Part shown: piece after piece, positions 28,957 to 39,206 of the stretch
Layout: each line of letters opens with the position of its first letter
Numbering within the stretch: position 1 is the first letter of the stretch
Source of the DNA: an uncultured Ignavibacteria bacterium
GTDB lineage: Bacteria; Bacteroidota; Ignavibacteria; Tepidaquicellales; Tepidaquicellaceae
DNA length: 64,000 nucleotides
Direction of reading: 5' to 3'
Assembly (NCBI GenBank): GCA_963836395.1
Contig: CAWIJF010000012.1
Coordinates: forward strand, 5,544 to 69,543
Notes under the pieces: model-generated
Told to the model about the DNA's origin: nothing
What the model saw: the letters and a program-made list of their open reading frames with translations, nothing else
Databases searched by the model: none
Program-made: the position numbers and the translations under genes

Positions 28957-30330
28957 TTATTTTAATGAATTAACTATTCTCTTGAATTCTTTCCCCCTGT
29001 GTTCATAGCTGTCAAACATATCAAAGCTCTTACATGCCGGGGACAATAAAACTATATCACCCTTTTCACTTCCTTCTCTTGCTTTAATGACTGCTTCTTC
29101 CAGTGAATCCGCCTTTATAACTTTCTTATGCATTTTGAAATATCCGTAAATTTTTTCTTTGGTTTCTCCTATTGCAATGATCTCCTTTACTTTTTCACTG
29201 ATAAGCTTGTCAACTCTCGAATAATCATTTCCGGACTCTCTTCCTCCCAGTATGAGAATTAAGTTTCCTTCGAATGACTCCAGCGCTACAATCAGTGAAT
29301 CAATATTCGTAGCTTTTGAATCATTGTAGTATTTCACTCCGCCGGTCTCTCTTACAAATTCAATCCTGTGCTCGACACCCGGAAATTTCATTAACTCATC
29401 CCTGATAATTTCCTTCCTTATCCCAAATGCCCGTGCGGAAATTATTGATGCAAGGGAATTATATAAATTATGATTTCCCCTTATGTTGATTTCACGTGCT
29501 TCCATTATTTCTTCTTTGATATTCTTTTGTTTGTCAAAATAAATTATTTTTCCGTTTTCCAGATAGCTTCCCGTATCAATTTCCTTTTCATTCAGTCTTT
29601 CCTTTATGCTGAAATATGCTTTCTCCGGTTTTGAATCCTTTACCGCTTCTCTTAAAATTTTGTCGTCATAATTTACTACTGTTAGATCTTCTTCTGTCTG
29701 ATTTTTCAATATCTCCAGTTTTGCTTTTAAATAATTTTCAAAGCTTCCGTGCCAGTCAATGTGGTCAGGCGTTATGTTCAAAAGAACTGAGATCTTCGGC
29801 CTGAACTGTTCGATGTTATTCAGCTGATAGCTGCTGACCTCAAGAACCACTACTGAATTCTTTCCCAGTTCATTAACAATTTCCGAAAAAGCCAGTCCGA
29901 CATTACCGCAAACTTTAGCATCATAACCCGCTGCTTTAAAAATTTCTCCCGTAAGAACTGTCGTAGTTGTCTTGCCATTCGTTCCTGTAATTGCAATGAC
30001 AGGGCAGTTGCAAAACCAGTATGCAGCCTCTATCTCCGAATAGATCTTTTTATTCAGCTTCCCGGCTTTGATAATTACTTCACTGTCGGGAGAAATTCCG
30101 GGACTCTTTATAAAGACATCACTTTCAAAAACTCTGTCCGAATGTTTGCCCAGTTCAAATTCAATCCCTTCCTTTGACAACAGCGCTTCATCAAAAAATT
30201 TTAGCCTGCTCTTTTCCGTATCATCGCTGAGGAAGACATTTGCCCCATTTCTCTTGAGAAGCTTTGCAGCTGCGATCCCGCTTTTGCCTGCTCCGAGTAT
30301 TGTAAAAGAACTGTTTTTAAAATCAATCAT
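28957..30330 (-). CDS. murD: UDP-N-acetylmuramoylalanine--D-glutamate ligase MurD
   Basis: 457-aa intact ORF (ILGAGKSGIAAAKLL, ITGTNGKTTT, NITPDHIDWHG, DSKATN). Confidence 0.9.
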   Translation of the reverse strand: MIDFKNSSFTILGAGKSGIAAAKLLKRNGANVFLSDDTEKSRLKFFDEALLSKEGIEFELGKHSDRVFESDVFIKSPGISPDSEVIIKAGKLNKKIYSEIEAAYWFCNCPVIAITGTNGKTTTTVLTGEIFKAAGYDAKVCGNVGLAFSEIVNELGKNSVVVLEVSSYQLNNIEQFRPKISVLLNITPDHIDWHGSFENYLKAKLEILKNQTEEDLTVVNYDDKILREAVKDSKPEKAYFSIKERLNEKEIDTGSYLENGKIIYFDKQKNIKEEIMEAREINIRGNHNLYNSLASIISARAFGIRKEIIRDELMKFPGVEHRIEFVRETGGVKYYNDSKATNIDSLIVALESFEGNLILILGGRESGNDYSRVDKLISEKVKEIIAIGETKEKIYGYFKMHKKVIKADSLEEAVIKAREGSEKGDIVLLSPACKSFDMFDSYEHRGKEFKRIVNSLK

Positions 30331-30338
30331 TTAAATTT

Positions 30339-31448
30339 CTATCTGATCTTCAGTGATGCCAGTGTCATTATCGCCAAAAGTATTGCTACAATATAAAATC
30401 TTACAACAATCTTAGGCTCGGGTATTCCCTTCATTTCATAGTGATGATGGATCGGTGCCATTTTGAAAAACCTTACTCCTTCTCCAAATCTTTTTCTCGT
30501 GTATTTAAAATAATATCTCTGAATAATCACCGACAGAGCTTCGGCGAAAAAGATCCCGCCTAATATTGGAAGCATGAATTCCTTTTTTACTAGAACGCAC
30601 AAGGTTCCGATGGCACCCCCTAATGCCAGGGAACCGGTGTCACCCATAAATACCTGAGCGGGATAAAAATTGTACCAGAGAAATCCCAATGCTGCACCGC
30701 TCAATGCCGCGCAATAAATTGCGAGCTCGCCGTTTCCTCTTAAATAAATAATGTTCAGATATTTAGCTGTCTCAATGTTTCCAGAGACATATGCAATTAT
30801 GCCGAGCGTCAGTGCAACCACTCCGACAGTTCCAGTCGCTAATCCGTCAAGTCCGTCCGTAAAATTTACCGCATTCGATGTAGCCGTAATTATAAAAACA
30901 ATAATCGGTATATACAAATAAGAAAAATCAAACTCAAAGCTTTTCAAAAAAGGTATCGTCGTGATCGAATGTATGCCCTCAAACTGCGGCAAATAATATA
31001 TTGCAAATCCGACAGTCAGCCCTACAAATATCTGCCCGACAAGCTTGTATCTTTCCGCAAGTCCTTTTTTATATTTCTTGATGACCTTCAGATAGTCATC
31101 CGAAAATCCCACAATTCCCAGCGTGATCGTGACGAACAAAATTATTATAATGTATATATTACCGAGATCTCCCCAGAGTAAGACAGGAATCAATACCGAA
31201 AATAAAATTATGAATCCTCCCATCGTCGGTGTTCCGGCTTTGCCCCAGTGAAACTGCGGTCCGTCTTCCTTCCGCGCTTCGCCGATCTGTTTCTTCTGTA
31301 AGATCTTTATGATCTTCGGTCCGAGTATGAAACTGATCAACAATGCTGTAATGGCAGCCAGTGCAGATCTGAATGTTATAAATCTGAAAAGGTCAAATCC
31401 CGGCGGATCAAATTTTGCATTCAGATACTCGGCTAATTTATACAGCAT
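30339..31448 (-). CDS. mraY: phospho-N-acetylmuramoyl-pentapeptide transferase MraY
   Basis: 369-aa intact ORF (GTPTMGG, DDYLKV, NAVNFTDGLDGLA, MGDTGSLALGG, APIHHHYE). Confidence 0.95.
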   Translation of the reverse strand: MLYKLAEYLNAKFDPPGFDLFRFITFRSALAAITALLISFILGPKIIKILQKKQIGEARKEDGPQFHWGKAGTPTMGGFIILFSVLIPVLLWGDLGNIYIIIILFVTITLGIVGFSDDYLKVIKKYKKGLAERYKLVGQIFVGLTVGFAIYYLPQFEGIHSITTIPFLKSFEFDFSYLYIPIIVFIITATSNAVNFTDGLDGLATGTVGVVALTLGIIAYVSGNIETAKYLNIIYLRGNGELAIYCAALSGAALGFLWYNFYPAQVFMGDTGSLALGGAIGTLCVLVKKEFMLPILGGIFFAEALSVIIQRYYFKYTRKRFGEGVRFFKMAPIHHHYEMKGIPEPKIVVRFYIVAILLAIMTLASLKIR

Positions 31449-31452
31449 ATGA

Positions 31453-32845
31453 TTAATTTTCAGTTAATCCCTTTACAATGTCTTCCATTTTCATTCCTCT
31501 CGAACCCTTTACATATACTATGTCATCCGGTTTTAAATTTCTTTTCAGCATCTCCGTCAGATCATCTTTATTCTCAAAATAAAAATTATTCTTCACTTTC
31601 CTGGCGTATCTGAATGTGTTGTATGATTCTTTCCCGTAAGTATATAAATTCTTAATTCCCAACGTCCCTGCAAGCTTTCCTATCTTTGAATGCTCGCCCC
31701 TGCTTGCATTGCCTAACTCCAGCATATCAGACAATACTGCAAATTTGTTTCCCTTCGTTTTAAATTCAGTCATTGCTTCCAGTCCCATTTTTACTGACTC
31801 CGGATTACTGTTGTATGTGTCATTGATTATTGTCATTCCGTTCACTTTCAGAATTTCCATTCTCTTTGAAGATGCCGGCTTAAAGTTCTGCAATGCTTTT
31901 CTTATCTTGCTTTGACCGACTTTAAAATACAGACCTGCCGCAGCCGCAGCTAGCCCGTTGTAAACCGAGTGCTTGCCGAATGTCGATATATGCGTTTCGA
32001 ATTTTTTCTTATTGTGCCTGATTTCGATCTCCGGTTAAAAATCTTTATCATAACCCTTAAATCTTCCCTTGACATCCGTGTTAAACTTGTAAGAGTAGGT
32101 AAATTTTTTTTCATTCTTTAAACCTCCTTGAATAATTTTTTATGAAGATGTCATCAAAATTTATAAAGCAAATACCTTCTTTCTTTTTTTTAAAGTAATC
32201 AAACAGTTCAAACTCAGCTTTTGCAACTCCCTTTATATCTTTGAAAAACTCTAGATGCTCTTTCCCAATGTTTGTTATCAATCCGTAATCCGGCTCTGCA
32301 ATCCCGCATAAATACTCAATCTCACCAAAATGATTACACCCTACTTCCAGCACGCAAAGTTCATGACTTTCATTCAGCAGCAACAAAGTCAGCGGCAGCC
32401 CAATGTGATTGTTAAAATTGCCTTCACTCTTCAGTACATTGAACTTCTGTGAAAGAACTGCCGCTGTAAGGTCCTTTGTTGTGGTCTTTCCGTTACTGCC
32501 CCCTATGCATAATACCGGCACATCAAATTTTCTCCTGTGCATCTTTGCGAAACTTCCTAACGCAAGCGTTGTATCCTTAACAGTTAAAATTATCTTATTG
32601 CTGAACTTCCTCCTGTTCTCCTTGAACCAATTTTCATTAACTACGGCTGTTGAAACGCCTTTCCGGAAAACATCTTTCAGGTACTTGTGACCGTCTGTTC
32701 TTTCCCCTTTGATCGCAAAGAAAATCTCATTCTTCTTTATTGTTCTCGAATCAATTGAAACGCCTTCAAACTTTTTTCTCTTTAGCTTTGCAATATTCTT
32801 TTTACCAGCATTGGTTACTTCAATAAGTTCATCTGTTCTAAGCAT
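31453..32845 (-). CDS. murF: UDP-N-acetylmuramoyl-tripeptide--D-alanyl-D-alanine ligase MurF (frameshifted in the middle)
   Basis: Fragments 32111..32845 (GSNGKTTTKD, EVGCNHFGEI) and 31453..31893 (IINDTYNSNPESV, VLSDMLELG). The 31894-32110 segment continues in other frames. Confidence 0.9.
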
Positions 32846-32848
32846 GGT

Positions 32849-34315
32849 TTACTTAGCCGATTGCAAATATTTTCCGATTACTTCCTTATCATCAAAATGT
32901 GTCTTCACTCCGTCTATTTCCTGGTATGTCTCATGACCTTTTCCGCATACCAAAACTATGTCACCTTCCCTGGAAATTTCAATCCCTTTTCTTATTGCAT
33001 CTTCGCGGTTCTCCATGACTTCGTAATTATTTTTCGTCTTAATTCCAGTGATGATCTCATCAATTATCTCCATTGGATTTTCAAATCTGGGATTGTCCGA
33101 AGTGATGATTGAATAATCCGATAAGCTTGTCGCGAAATTTCCCATTACAGGTCGCTTTGTCCTGTCTTTGTTCCCTCCGCATCCGAATATGGTAATTACT
33201 CTTCCGTTCCTTTTTTCTTCATTCAAAATTTCCCTCGCAGACTCTATTGCATTCTTTAATGAATCCGAAGTATGTGAATAATCCACAACTGCAATGGCTC
33301 CGTTTGGAAGTTTGATCTTGTTGAATCTACCGTTGACTTCCTTAAAATTCAGAAGTGACTCCTGTATCGAAGTCATATCTATATCATAATTCAGAACCGC
33401 TGTCACCGATGCAAGAATATTATAAATATTGAACCTCCCGGAAAGTCCCGATCTCAGAGTATATGTCTTTCCGTTCCAGTTGACGTCAAACTCAAGTCCG
33501 GTCAGAGATAATTTTTCATTGAATGCTTTCAGATTGCTTTCATTCTTTATTGAGTAAAACAATTTCCGGGCTTTAGTTTCGCTCAGAATTTTTTCCCCGT
33601 ATTTATCATCTGCATTTGATATTGCATGGTCTTTCGCAGACAGACCGTCAAAAAGAATTTTCTTTGCATTTAAATAATTTTCCATGTCTTTATGAAAGTC
33701 CAGATGCTCGCTGGTCAGATTAGTAAAGATCGCCGTATTAAAATTTAGTCCGTACACCCTGTCCATTGACAATGCAATTGATGATACTTCCATCACGCAG
33801 AAATCCATTTTCGACTTTGCCATTTCACCAAGCATCATGTTCAGCTCAATGGAATCCGGAGTTGTGAGTGTCGAATCCATTTTCATGATTCCGGTCTGAT
33901 AATCAATCGTGCCGATCAGTCCTGTTTTATATCCTGCATTGTTCAAAAAAGATTTTAGTAAATAGGTTATGGTTGTCTTTCCGTTCGTGCCGGTCACACC
34001 GATAAGCTTCAGCGCAGAGGAAGGATCTCCGTAATAAGCGCTGCTGATGTTTGCCATGAGTTTCCTGATCTGTTTTACTTTGAGCACAGGTATTTGTAAA
34101 TCCAGATCTTCTTCCGTAATGATCAGAGCTGCACCGTTTTTTACCGCATCATTTACGTATTTATTTCCGTCATCTTTTAATCCCCTGATTGCAAAAAAAA
34201 TGTAACCCTTCTTTACTTTCCTTGAATCATATGCCAAACCCGTAACCTCAAAATCATCCGCCGGGTCAAACTTGAATTTCAATTTACTTTTATTAATGAT
34301 ATCTGATAATCTCAT
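32849..34315 (-). CDS. murE: UDP-N-acetylmuramoyl-L-alanyl-D-glutamate--2,6-diaminopimelate ligase MurE
   Basis: 488-aa intact ORF (GVTGTNGKTT, TNLTSEHLDFH, DYSHTSDSL, GCGGNKDRTKRP, DNPR). Confidence 0.9.
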   Translation of the reverse strand: MRLSDIINKSKLKFKFDPADDFEVTGLAYDSRKVKKGYIFFAIRGLKDDGNKYVNDAVKNGAALIITEEDLDLQIPVLKVKQIRKLMANISSAYYGDPSSALKLIGVTGTNGKTTITYLLKSFLNNAGYKTGLIGTIDYQTGIMKMDSTLTTPDSIELNMMLGEMAKSKMDFCVMEVSSIALSMDRVYGLNFNTAIFTNLTSEHLDFHKDMENYLNAKKILFDGLSAKDHAISNADDKYGEKILSETKARKLFYSIKNESNLKAFNEKLSLTGLEFDVNWNGKTYTLRSGLSGRFNIYNILASVTAVLNYDIDMTSIQESLLNFKEVNGRFNKIKLPNGAIAVVDYSHTSDSLKNAIESAREILNEEKRNGRVITIFGCGGNKDRTKRPVMGNFATSLSDYSIITSDNPRFENPMEIIDEIITGIKTKNNYEVMENREDAIRKGIEISREGDIVLVCGKGHETYQEIDGVKTHFDDKEVIGKYLQSAK

Positions 34316-36500
34316 TATTGATTTTTACAATAGAGAATAATTTTGGACTTCGGAAGCTGCTTTGTACCTGCCGCAGGTGATTGTCCTGCTATCTTTCCGC
34401 TTCCGCTGATATCAACATCAAACCCGTCTGACAAAAGCATATTAATTGCTTTCCTGAGACTCAGGTCTTTTACATCCGGCACCAGTACCAGCCTGTCCTC
34501 GGGAATCTCTTTGCTCGTTACCACCAGCTTAACTTTTATATTGTCTCCCGGTAAGATCCTTTCATTCGGCAACGGGTATTGTGAGTCTATGAATTTTGCC
34601 GTGTTGGGATTTTTAGAAACAACCGTATCATCCACTAATTCGAAATTCAGCTTATTCTCAATCAGTATTTCCTTTGCATCTTCCAACCGTAAATTAATAA
34701 GATTCGGGATCAGAACTTTCGGCTCGTTTGCATAATTTATCGTTCCAGAATTACTTCCGCTCACGGAAGAATTTACATTTACAAATTCCTGAATGGAGAT
34801 ATTTGTCGTTCCCGAAAAATTAATTATTCTGTTTGCGATCTTCTGAAAGATCGGAGCTGCAACTTTCCCCCCGTAATATTCTCCCGATTTCGGATTATCA
34901 AGCACGACGGTAATTATTATTTGCGGATTTTCAGCGGGAAAATAACCGACAAAAGAAGAGTTATGTGAACTGTTGGAATACTCACCGTTTATAAGCCTTT
35001 GCGCTGTTCCGGTTTTTCCAGCAACGCTTATCCCGTCTAGCTTTGCATCGATCCCTGTTCCTCTTTCTACTACACCTACCAGAAGTGATGTTAAGGTCTT
35101 TGCAGTATTCTCCGAAATGACCTGTCTTACCTGAAGCGGTTTGTTTTCATAGATAGCATTGCCTTCCGTTGCAAATTCTTTTTTTACAATATATGTCTTC
35201 ATCATCATTCCGTTGTTTGCAACTGTTGCATAAGCATTGGTTATCTGTAAAGCGTTTACCATCACTTCATATCCGATGGACATGTACGGAAGCGAGACAC
35301 CTGAAAAATCGATTGGTCTTTTCAAAATTCCCTTGTTTTCTCCGGGAAGTTCGACCCCGCTGTAAATTCCAAATCCAAAATCTCTTGCATATTTGTAAAA
35401 TCTTTCCGAACCTAACTTCAATGAAATTTTGCTGAATCCAACATTGCTCGATTGTTCGATCACTTGTTGAAATGACATGCTCGCTTGAACCATGTACATC
35501 AGTGATTTTCAGTCCTTTAATTTCATTGACGCTTTCGGTTGCAATTATTGAGTTCCTGTCTTCGATCTTCTCTTCAAGCGAAGCTGCAGCAGTTACAAGT
35601 TTAAAAGTTGAACCCGGTTCGTAAACATCCGATATCACTGCATTCTTCATTCCTATTGTATCTGCAATTAAGATATTGTTCGGATCAAATGTCGGATATG
35701 ATGACATTGCAAGTATCTCGCCTGTTTTTACGGACTGAACAATAACCTTTCCGCCGTCTGCATTATAATTTTTAACACCTTCTGACAGTTCTTCTTCGGC
35801 AAATCTTTGTATGTTAATGTCGAGAGTCAGAACGATGTTGTTGCCGTTCTCCGAATCTTTTCTCGGAAACTCCAGGGACGGGCGGTTATTTCCTCTGCCG
35901 TCTCTTTGCATGATCACAAAACCGTCTTTCCCTGCAAGTTCATTTTCCATCGAGAGCTCGATGCCGGATTGCCCCTTGTTTTCTATGTTTGTAAATCCGA
36001 GTATCTGTGATGCTAGGCTTCCGTAGTTGTAAACTCTCCTTGGCTCCTTCAAAACAATTATTCCGTTCATTTCAAGAGTATCCATCCGTTTACCTTTTCG
36101 GGATCAATTCTTCTTTCAAGATAAATGAACGATGTGTTTTGAGAATTAAGCTTCTCCATATATTCTTCTTTGCTTTTACCGAACGCATGTGAAAATATTT
36201 CCGCCGTATGCGCAGGGTTGTCAATCATGTTCGGATCGGCTGCAAATGAATATTCAAATGAATTGGATACAAGCATATTCATATTTCTGTCAAAGATCAG
36301 ACCGCGGTATGGTGACAATACAATCTTATTCTCATATTGCTTTCTTGCCGCTATCTTGTATTTCTCTGATTCCAGTATCTGAACATTGATCAGCTTTTCA
36401 AAATAACAATGAAAATCCCGAACAGAATTATAAAGAGAAAATTAATTTTCCTTCTCTGCACTAATTGTTTGTCCGGGCTTTTATATGTTTTATACTGCAA
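34315..36500 (-). CDS. ftsI: class B penicillin-binding transpeptidase (FtsI/PBP2x-like) with two C-terminal PASTA domains (frameshifted)
   Basis: Fragments 36067..36318, 35267..36085 and 34315..35499, plus an N-terminal TM (INFLFIILFGIFIVIL) from TTG about 36500. Motifs: STFK (in PGSTFKLVT), SSN, KTGTA. Two PASTA-like repeats are present (IPNLINLRLEDAKEIL...; VPDVKDLSLRKAINML...). Confidence 0.85.
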
Positions 36501-36509
36501 AATGTAAAA

Positions 36510-36827
36510 TTATTTCAACTGCGATTTATTTATTATTATATTATTATTTTCATCAATGGAATTTTCTTTGTAGGAAAGATTAAATTTTTCAGCAGCTATT
36601 GTCTTTATTCTGTCAAAGCTGCTTAGTTTTTCCGATTCTGTCCTAAGCAGATCGTTTTTTTGAACAACGCTCTTGATCTGCTCCTTAAGATCGTTATTGC
36701 TTACAGAAAGCTGATTTACATAGATGATATTATTGATATATATTACCAGAATCACCGACGTCAGGATCAGGAATATCAGAAAGTAAAAAATTGAAATTCT
36801 TTTTGTATTGTATTTTTTATCATTCAT
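36510..36827 (-). CDS. ftsL: cell division protein FtsL-like (single TM plus coiled coil)
   Basis: 105-aa intact ORF with TM IFYFLIFLILTSVILVIYI followed by a leucine-rich helix. Position between rsmH and ftsI. Confidence 0.7.
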   Translation of the reverse strand: MNDKKYNTKRISIFYFLIFLILTSVILVIYINNIIYVNQLSVSNNDLKEQIKSVVQKNDLLRTESEKLSSFDRIKTIAAEKFNLSYKENSIDENNNIIINKSQLK

Positions 36828-36830
36828 ATT

Positions 36831-37775
36831 TTAAATAACCTCCGCAGCTCTCAGCTTTGCGCTTCTTGAGCGCGGGTTTGACTTTATTTCCTCAAATTCC
36901 GGAACGACCGGTTTCTTTGTCAGTATTTTCAGCCTCGGAGTTCTCTCTTCATCAGAAAAAGGATCCGCAGTCTTTTTAATTCTCATGGCTTCTTCTTTAA
37001 AAAAATTCTTCACTATCCTGTCCTCAAGGGAATGATAAGATACAACAACAATCCTTCCTCCCTTATCAAATAAATCCATAGAATTTTTCAGGACATTTTT
37101 AAGATTATCCAGTTCATCGTTTACTTCTATCCTTATCGACTGAAATATCTTTGCCAGAAAATCCATCTGATTCTTTTTATTCAGATCATATTCTTCTTTC
37201 ACTGTTTCGACCAAATCAAAAGTAGTCTTAAATTTTTCCTTTTTCCTTTTGTTAATTATTGCATTTACCAGTCTGTCCGCTTTTCCTATCTCTCCGTATT
37301 CTTCGAAGATCTTTTTCAATTCTTCTTTTGCATAACTGTTCAGTATTTCCGAAGCCGTTAATTCACCTTCTTTATCCGCTCTCATATCAAGCTCAGTATC
37401 TTTCATAAAACTGAATCCTTCTTCCGCTTCGAGCTGGTATGAAGACAGTCCCAGGTCCATCACAAGCCCTGTTATACTCTTGATGCCGTTCGCCGAAAGT
37501 ATTTCCTTTAAGTCTCCAAAGTTACCATTAACAAATTGTATTCTGTTTTCAAATTCCCGCAATCTTTTTTTTGAATATTCAAGCGCATTTAAATCTTTGT
37601 CAATAGAAATGACCCTGACAGGGTCCTTTGTATTTTCGCATATCAGTTTGGTATAACCGCCTGCGCCCAGTGTCCCGTCAACTATTACTCCGGCGCCGCA
37701 ATCTTCATTAATTAAAAACCTGACTGCTTCCTGTGAAAGAACGGGTACATGAAAATTTTCCGTTTGCTCATTCAT
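36831..37775 (-). CDS. rsmH: 16S rRNA (cytosine1402-N4)-methyltransferase RsmH (MraW)
   Basis: 314-aa intact ORF (HVPVL, DGTLGAGGY, DLGLSSYQL, SYHSLEDRIVK). Confidence 0.95.
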   Translation of the reverse strand: MNEQTENFHVPVLSQEAVRFLINEDCGAGVIVDGTLGAGGYTKLICENTKDPVRVISIDKDLNALEYSKKRLREFENRIQFVNGNFGDLKEILSANGIKSITGLVMDLGLSSYQLEAEEGFSFMKDTELDMRADKEGELTASEILNSYAKEELKKIFEEYGEIGKADRLVNAIINKRKKEKFKTTFDLVETVKEEYDLNKKNQMDFLAKIFQSIRIEVNDELDNLKNVLKNSMDLFDKGGRIVVVSYHSLEDRIVKNFFKEEAMRIKKTADPFSDEERTPRLKILTKKPVVPEFEEIKSNPRSRSAKLRAAEVI

Positions 37776-37797
37776 TCAGAAAATTTTTTACTCATCA

Positions 37798-38250
37798 TTA
37801 TGTCGATGAGTTTATTATCTCTGAGACTTTTTCAGCTATTTCTTCATAGGATTTTGTCATTGAATTGTCGTATTGCTCCTTTATATCGGGATCCCATATT
37901 TCCATTTTATCAAGTAGCCCTAAAACAGTAACTTCTTTTTTTAACTTGGCAAATTGCATCAGCTGCGGAGGAATCAGTATTCTATTCTGCGAGTCAAGCT
38001 CGCATTCATTTACAAAATTTAAAAATTGCCTGATGAAGAATCTCTGATCGGTATTGAATTGATTGTATTTGGTTAAGCCTGTCTTGACTTTTTCCCATTC
38101 GTCGAGAGGATAAACAAGCAGACATTCATCCATTCCCCTCGTCAAAATTACTTTATTGTCTGCTTCAGGTTTTATATATTTTCTGAATTTTGCAGGCAAT
38201 ATTAACCTTGACTTAGCATCTAAATTACATATTGAATGTCCCTGAAACAT
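37798..38250 (-). CDS. mraZ: transcriptional regulator MraZ
   Basis: 150-aa intact ORF with two SpoVT/AbrB-like halves (NLDAKSRLILPAKFR and ELDSQNRILIPPQL). It is the first gene of the dcw cluster. Confidence 0.95.
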   Translation of the reverse strand: MFQGHSICNLDAKSRLILPAKFRKYIKPEADNKVILTRGMDECLLVYPLDEWEKVKTGLTKYNQFNTDQRFFIRQFLNFVNECELDSQNRILIPPQLMQFAKLKKEVTVLGLLDKMEIWDPDIKEQYDNSMTKSYEEIAEKVSEIINSST

Positions 38251-38274
38251 TTAATGATTTATTAATTTAAATTA

Positions 38275-38298
38275 CCACTTCTCCCCACTTTTCTCCAC
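38275..38298 (-). promoter_or_regulatory. putative MraZ operator: three GTGG direct repeats at 10-bp spacing
   Basis: The minus strand reads GTGGAGAAAA GTGGGGAGAA GTGG, 24 nt upstream of the mraZ ATG. This matches the known MraZ-box architecture of GTGG(G) direct repeats spaced by one helical turn. Confidence 0.65.
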
Positions 38299-38305
38299 TA
38301 GTATA

Positions 38306-38336
38306 CAAAAATAAGTAAAATAATTTTAATGTCAAA
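38306..38336 (-). promoter_or_regulatory. putative Bacteroidetes-type promoter of the dcw operon (-33 TTTG, -7 TAttTTTG)
   Basis: The minus strand reads TTTG (38336-38333), then 19 nt, then TATTTTTG (38313-38306). The predicted start site falls on the first GTGG box. Confidence 0.5.
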
Positions 38337-38386
38337 CAATTATTTGCAGTATTTTAAGGTATTTAGGAGTTTTTTGCTGTAAACAG

Positions 38387-38420
38387 AAAAGCCATATCAA
38401 TATCACCTGAGATGGCTTTT
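38387..38420. terminator. A/T-flanked hairpin, probable bidirectional terminator downstream of the carbonic anhydrase gene
   Basis: aaaagccat-(16 nt)-atggctttt with T/A runs on both sides. Confidence 0.45.
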
Positions 38421-38512
38421 TCCGTTTGAAATTTTTTGTGATTTTACCAGATGTGACAGTCTTGAAAGATCCCTGTAATTTGTTTGTCTGATCTCATTTA
38501 ATCAGTACTCAT

Positions 38513-39136
38513 CTATTCATAAAAACTTACTCTCCCCGAATCAATGTCATATAGTCCGCCGATTATTTTTATTTGTTTCGACTTTTCCATTTCAAATAAT
38601 ATGCTGCTTTGTTCTTTGATCTTATCAACCGTAAGGAAGACATTGTTTCTTGTGACATTTTCCAAGAATGTCTTATTGTTTCCGTTTCTTTCGGTAAGTG
38701 TCGTTGTATCTTTTTCGATGGCGGGTTTTATCTTTTTAAGCAAGGCCGTTATATTTCCAAATTCGATATTGTTGCACGCACCTTCAATAGCTCCGCATTT
38801 TGTATGTCCCAGTACAACTATTAGCTTTGAGCCGGCAATCTTACAGGCAAATTCCATACTTCCTAAAATGTCTTCATTCAAAATGTTTCCCGCTATCCTT
38901 ATACTGAAAATGTCACCCAACCCCTGATCAAAAATCAATTCAGCCGAAGTCCGTGAGTCGATGCAGCTTAGAATCGCAGCAAAAGGAAATTGTCCGGATG
39001 ATGTTTCATTGATCTGCTGAAGTAAATTCCTGTGAGCCTTAATGTTATTTACAAATCTTTCATTGCCTTCCTTCAAAATTTCAAGAGCAAGTTCCGGAGT
39101 AAGACTTGACTGTGTTTCTTTTGTGTGAACTCTCAT
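38513..39136 (-). CDS. beta-class carbonic anhydrase
   Basis: 207-aa intact ORF. Zn-ligand motifs SCIDSR and HTKCGA are present. Confidence 0.9.
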   Translation of the reverse strand: MRVHTKETQSSLTPELALEILKEGNERFVNNIKAHRNLLQQINETSSGQFPFAAILSCIDSRTSAELIFDQGLGDIFSIRIAGNILNEDILGSMEFACKIAGSKLIVVLGHTKCGAIEGACNNIEFGNITALLKKIKPAIEKDTTTLTERNGNNKTFLENVTRNNVFLTVDKIKEQSSILFEMEKSKQIKIIGGLYDIDSGRVSFYE

Positions 39137-39206
39137 TAAAAAATGTAAGTGATTTCAGTTGAATTATTTTTGATCATGATATAAAACGGCAGGGAATGAT
39201 GTCATC

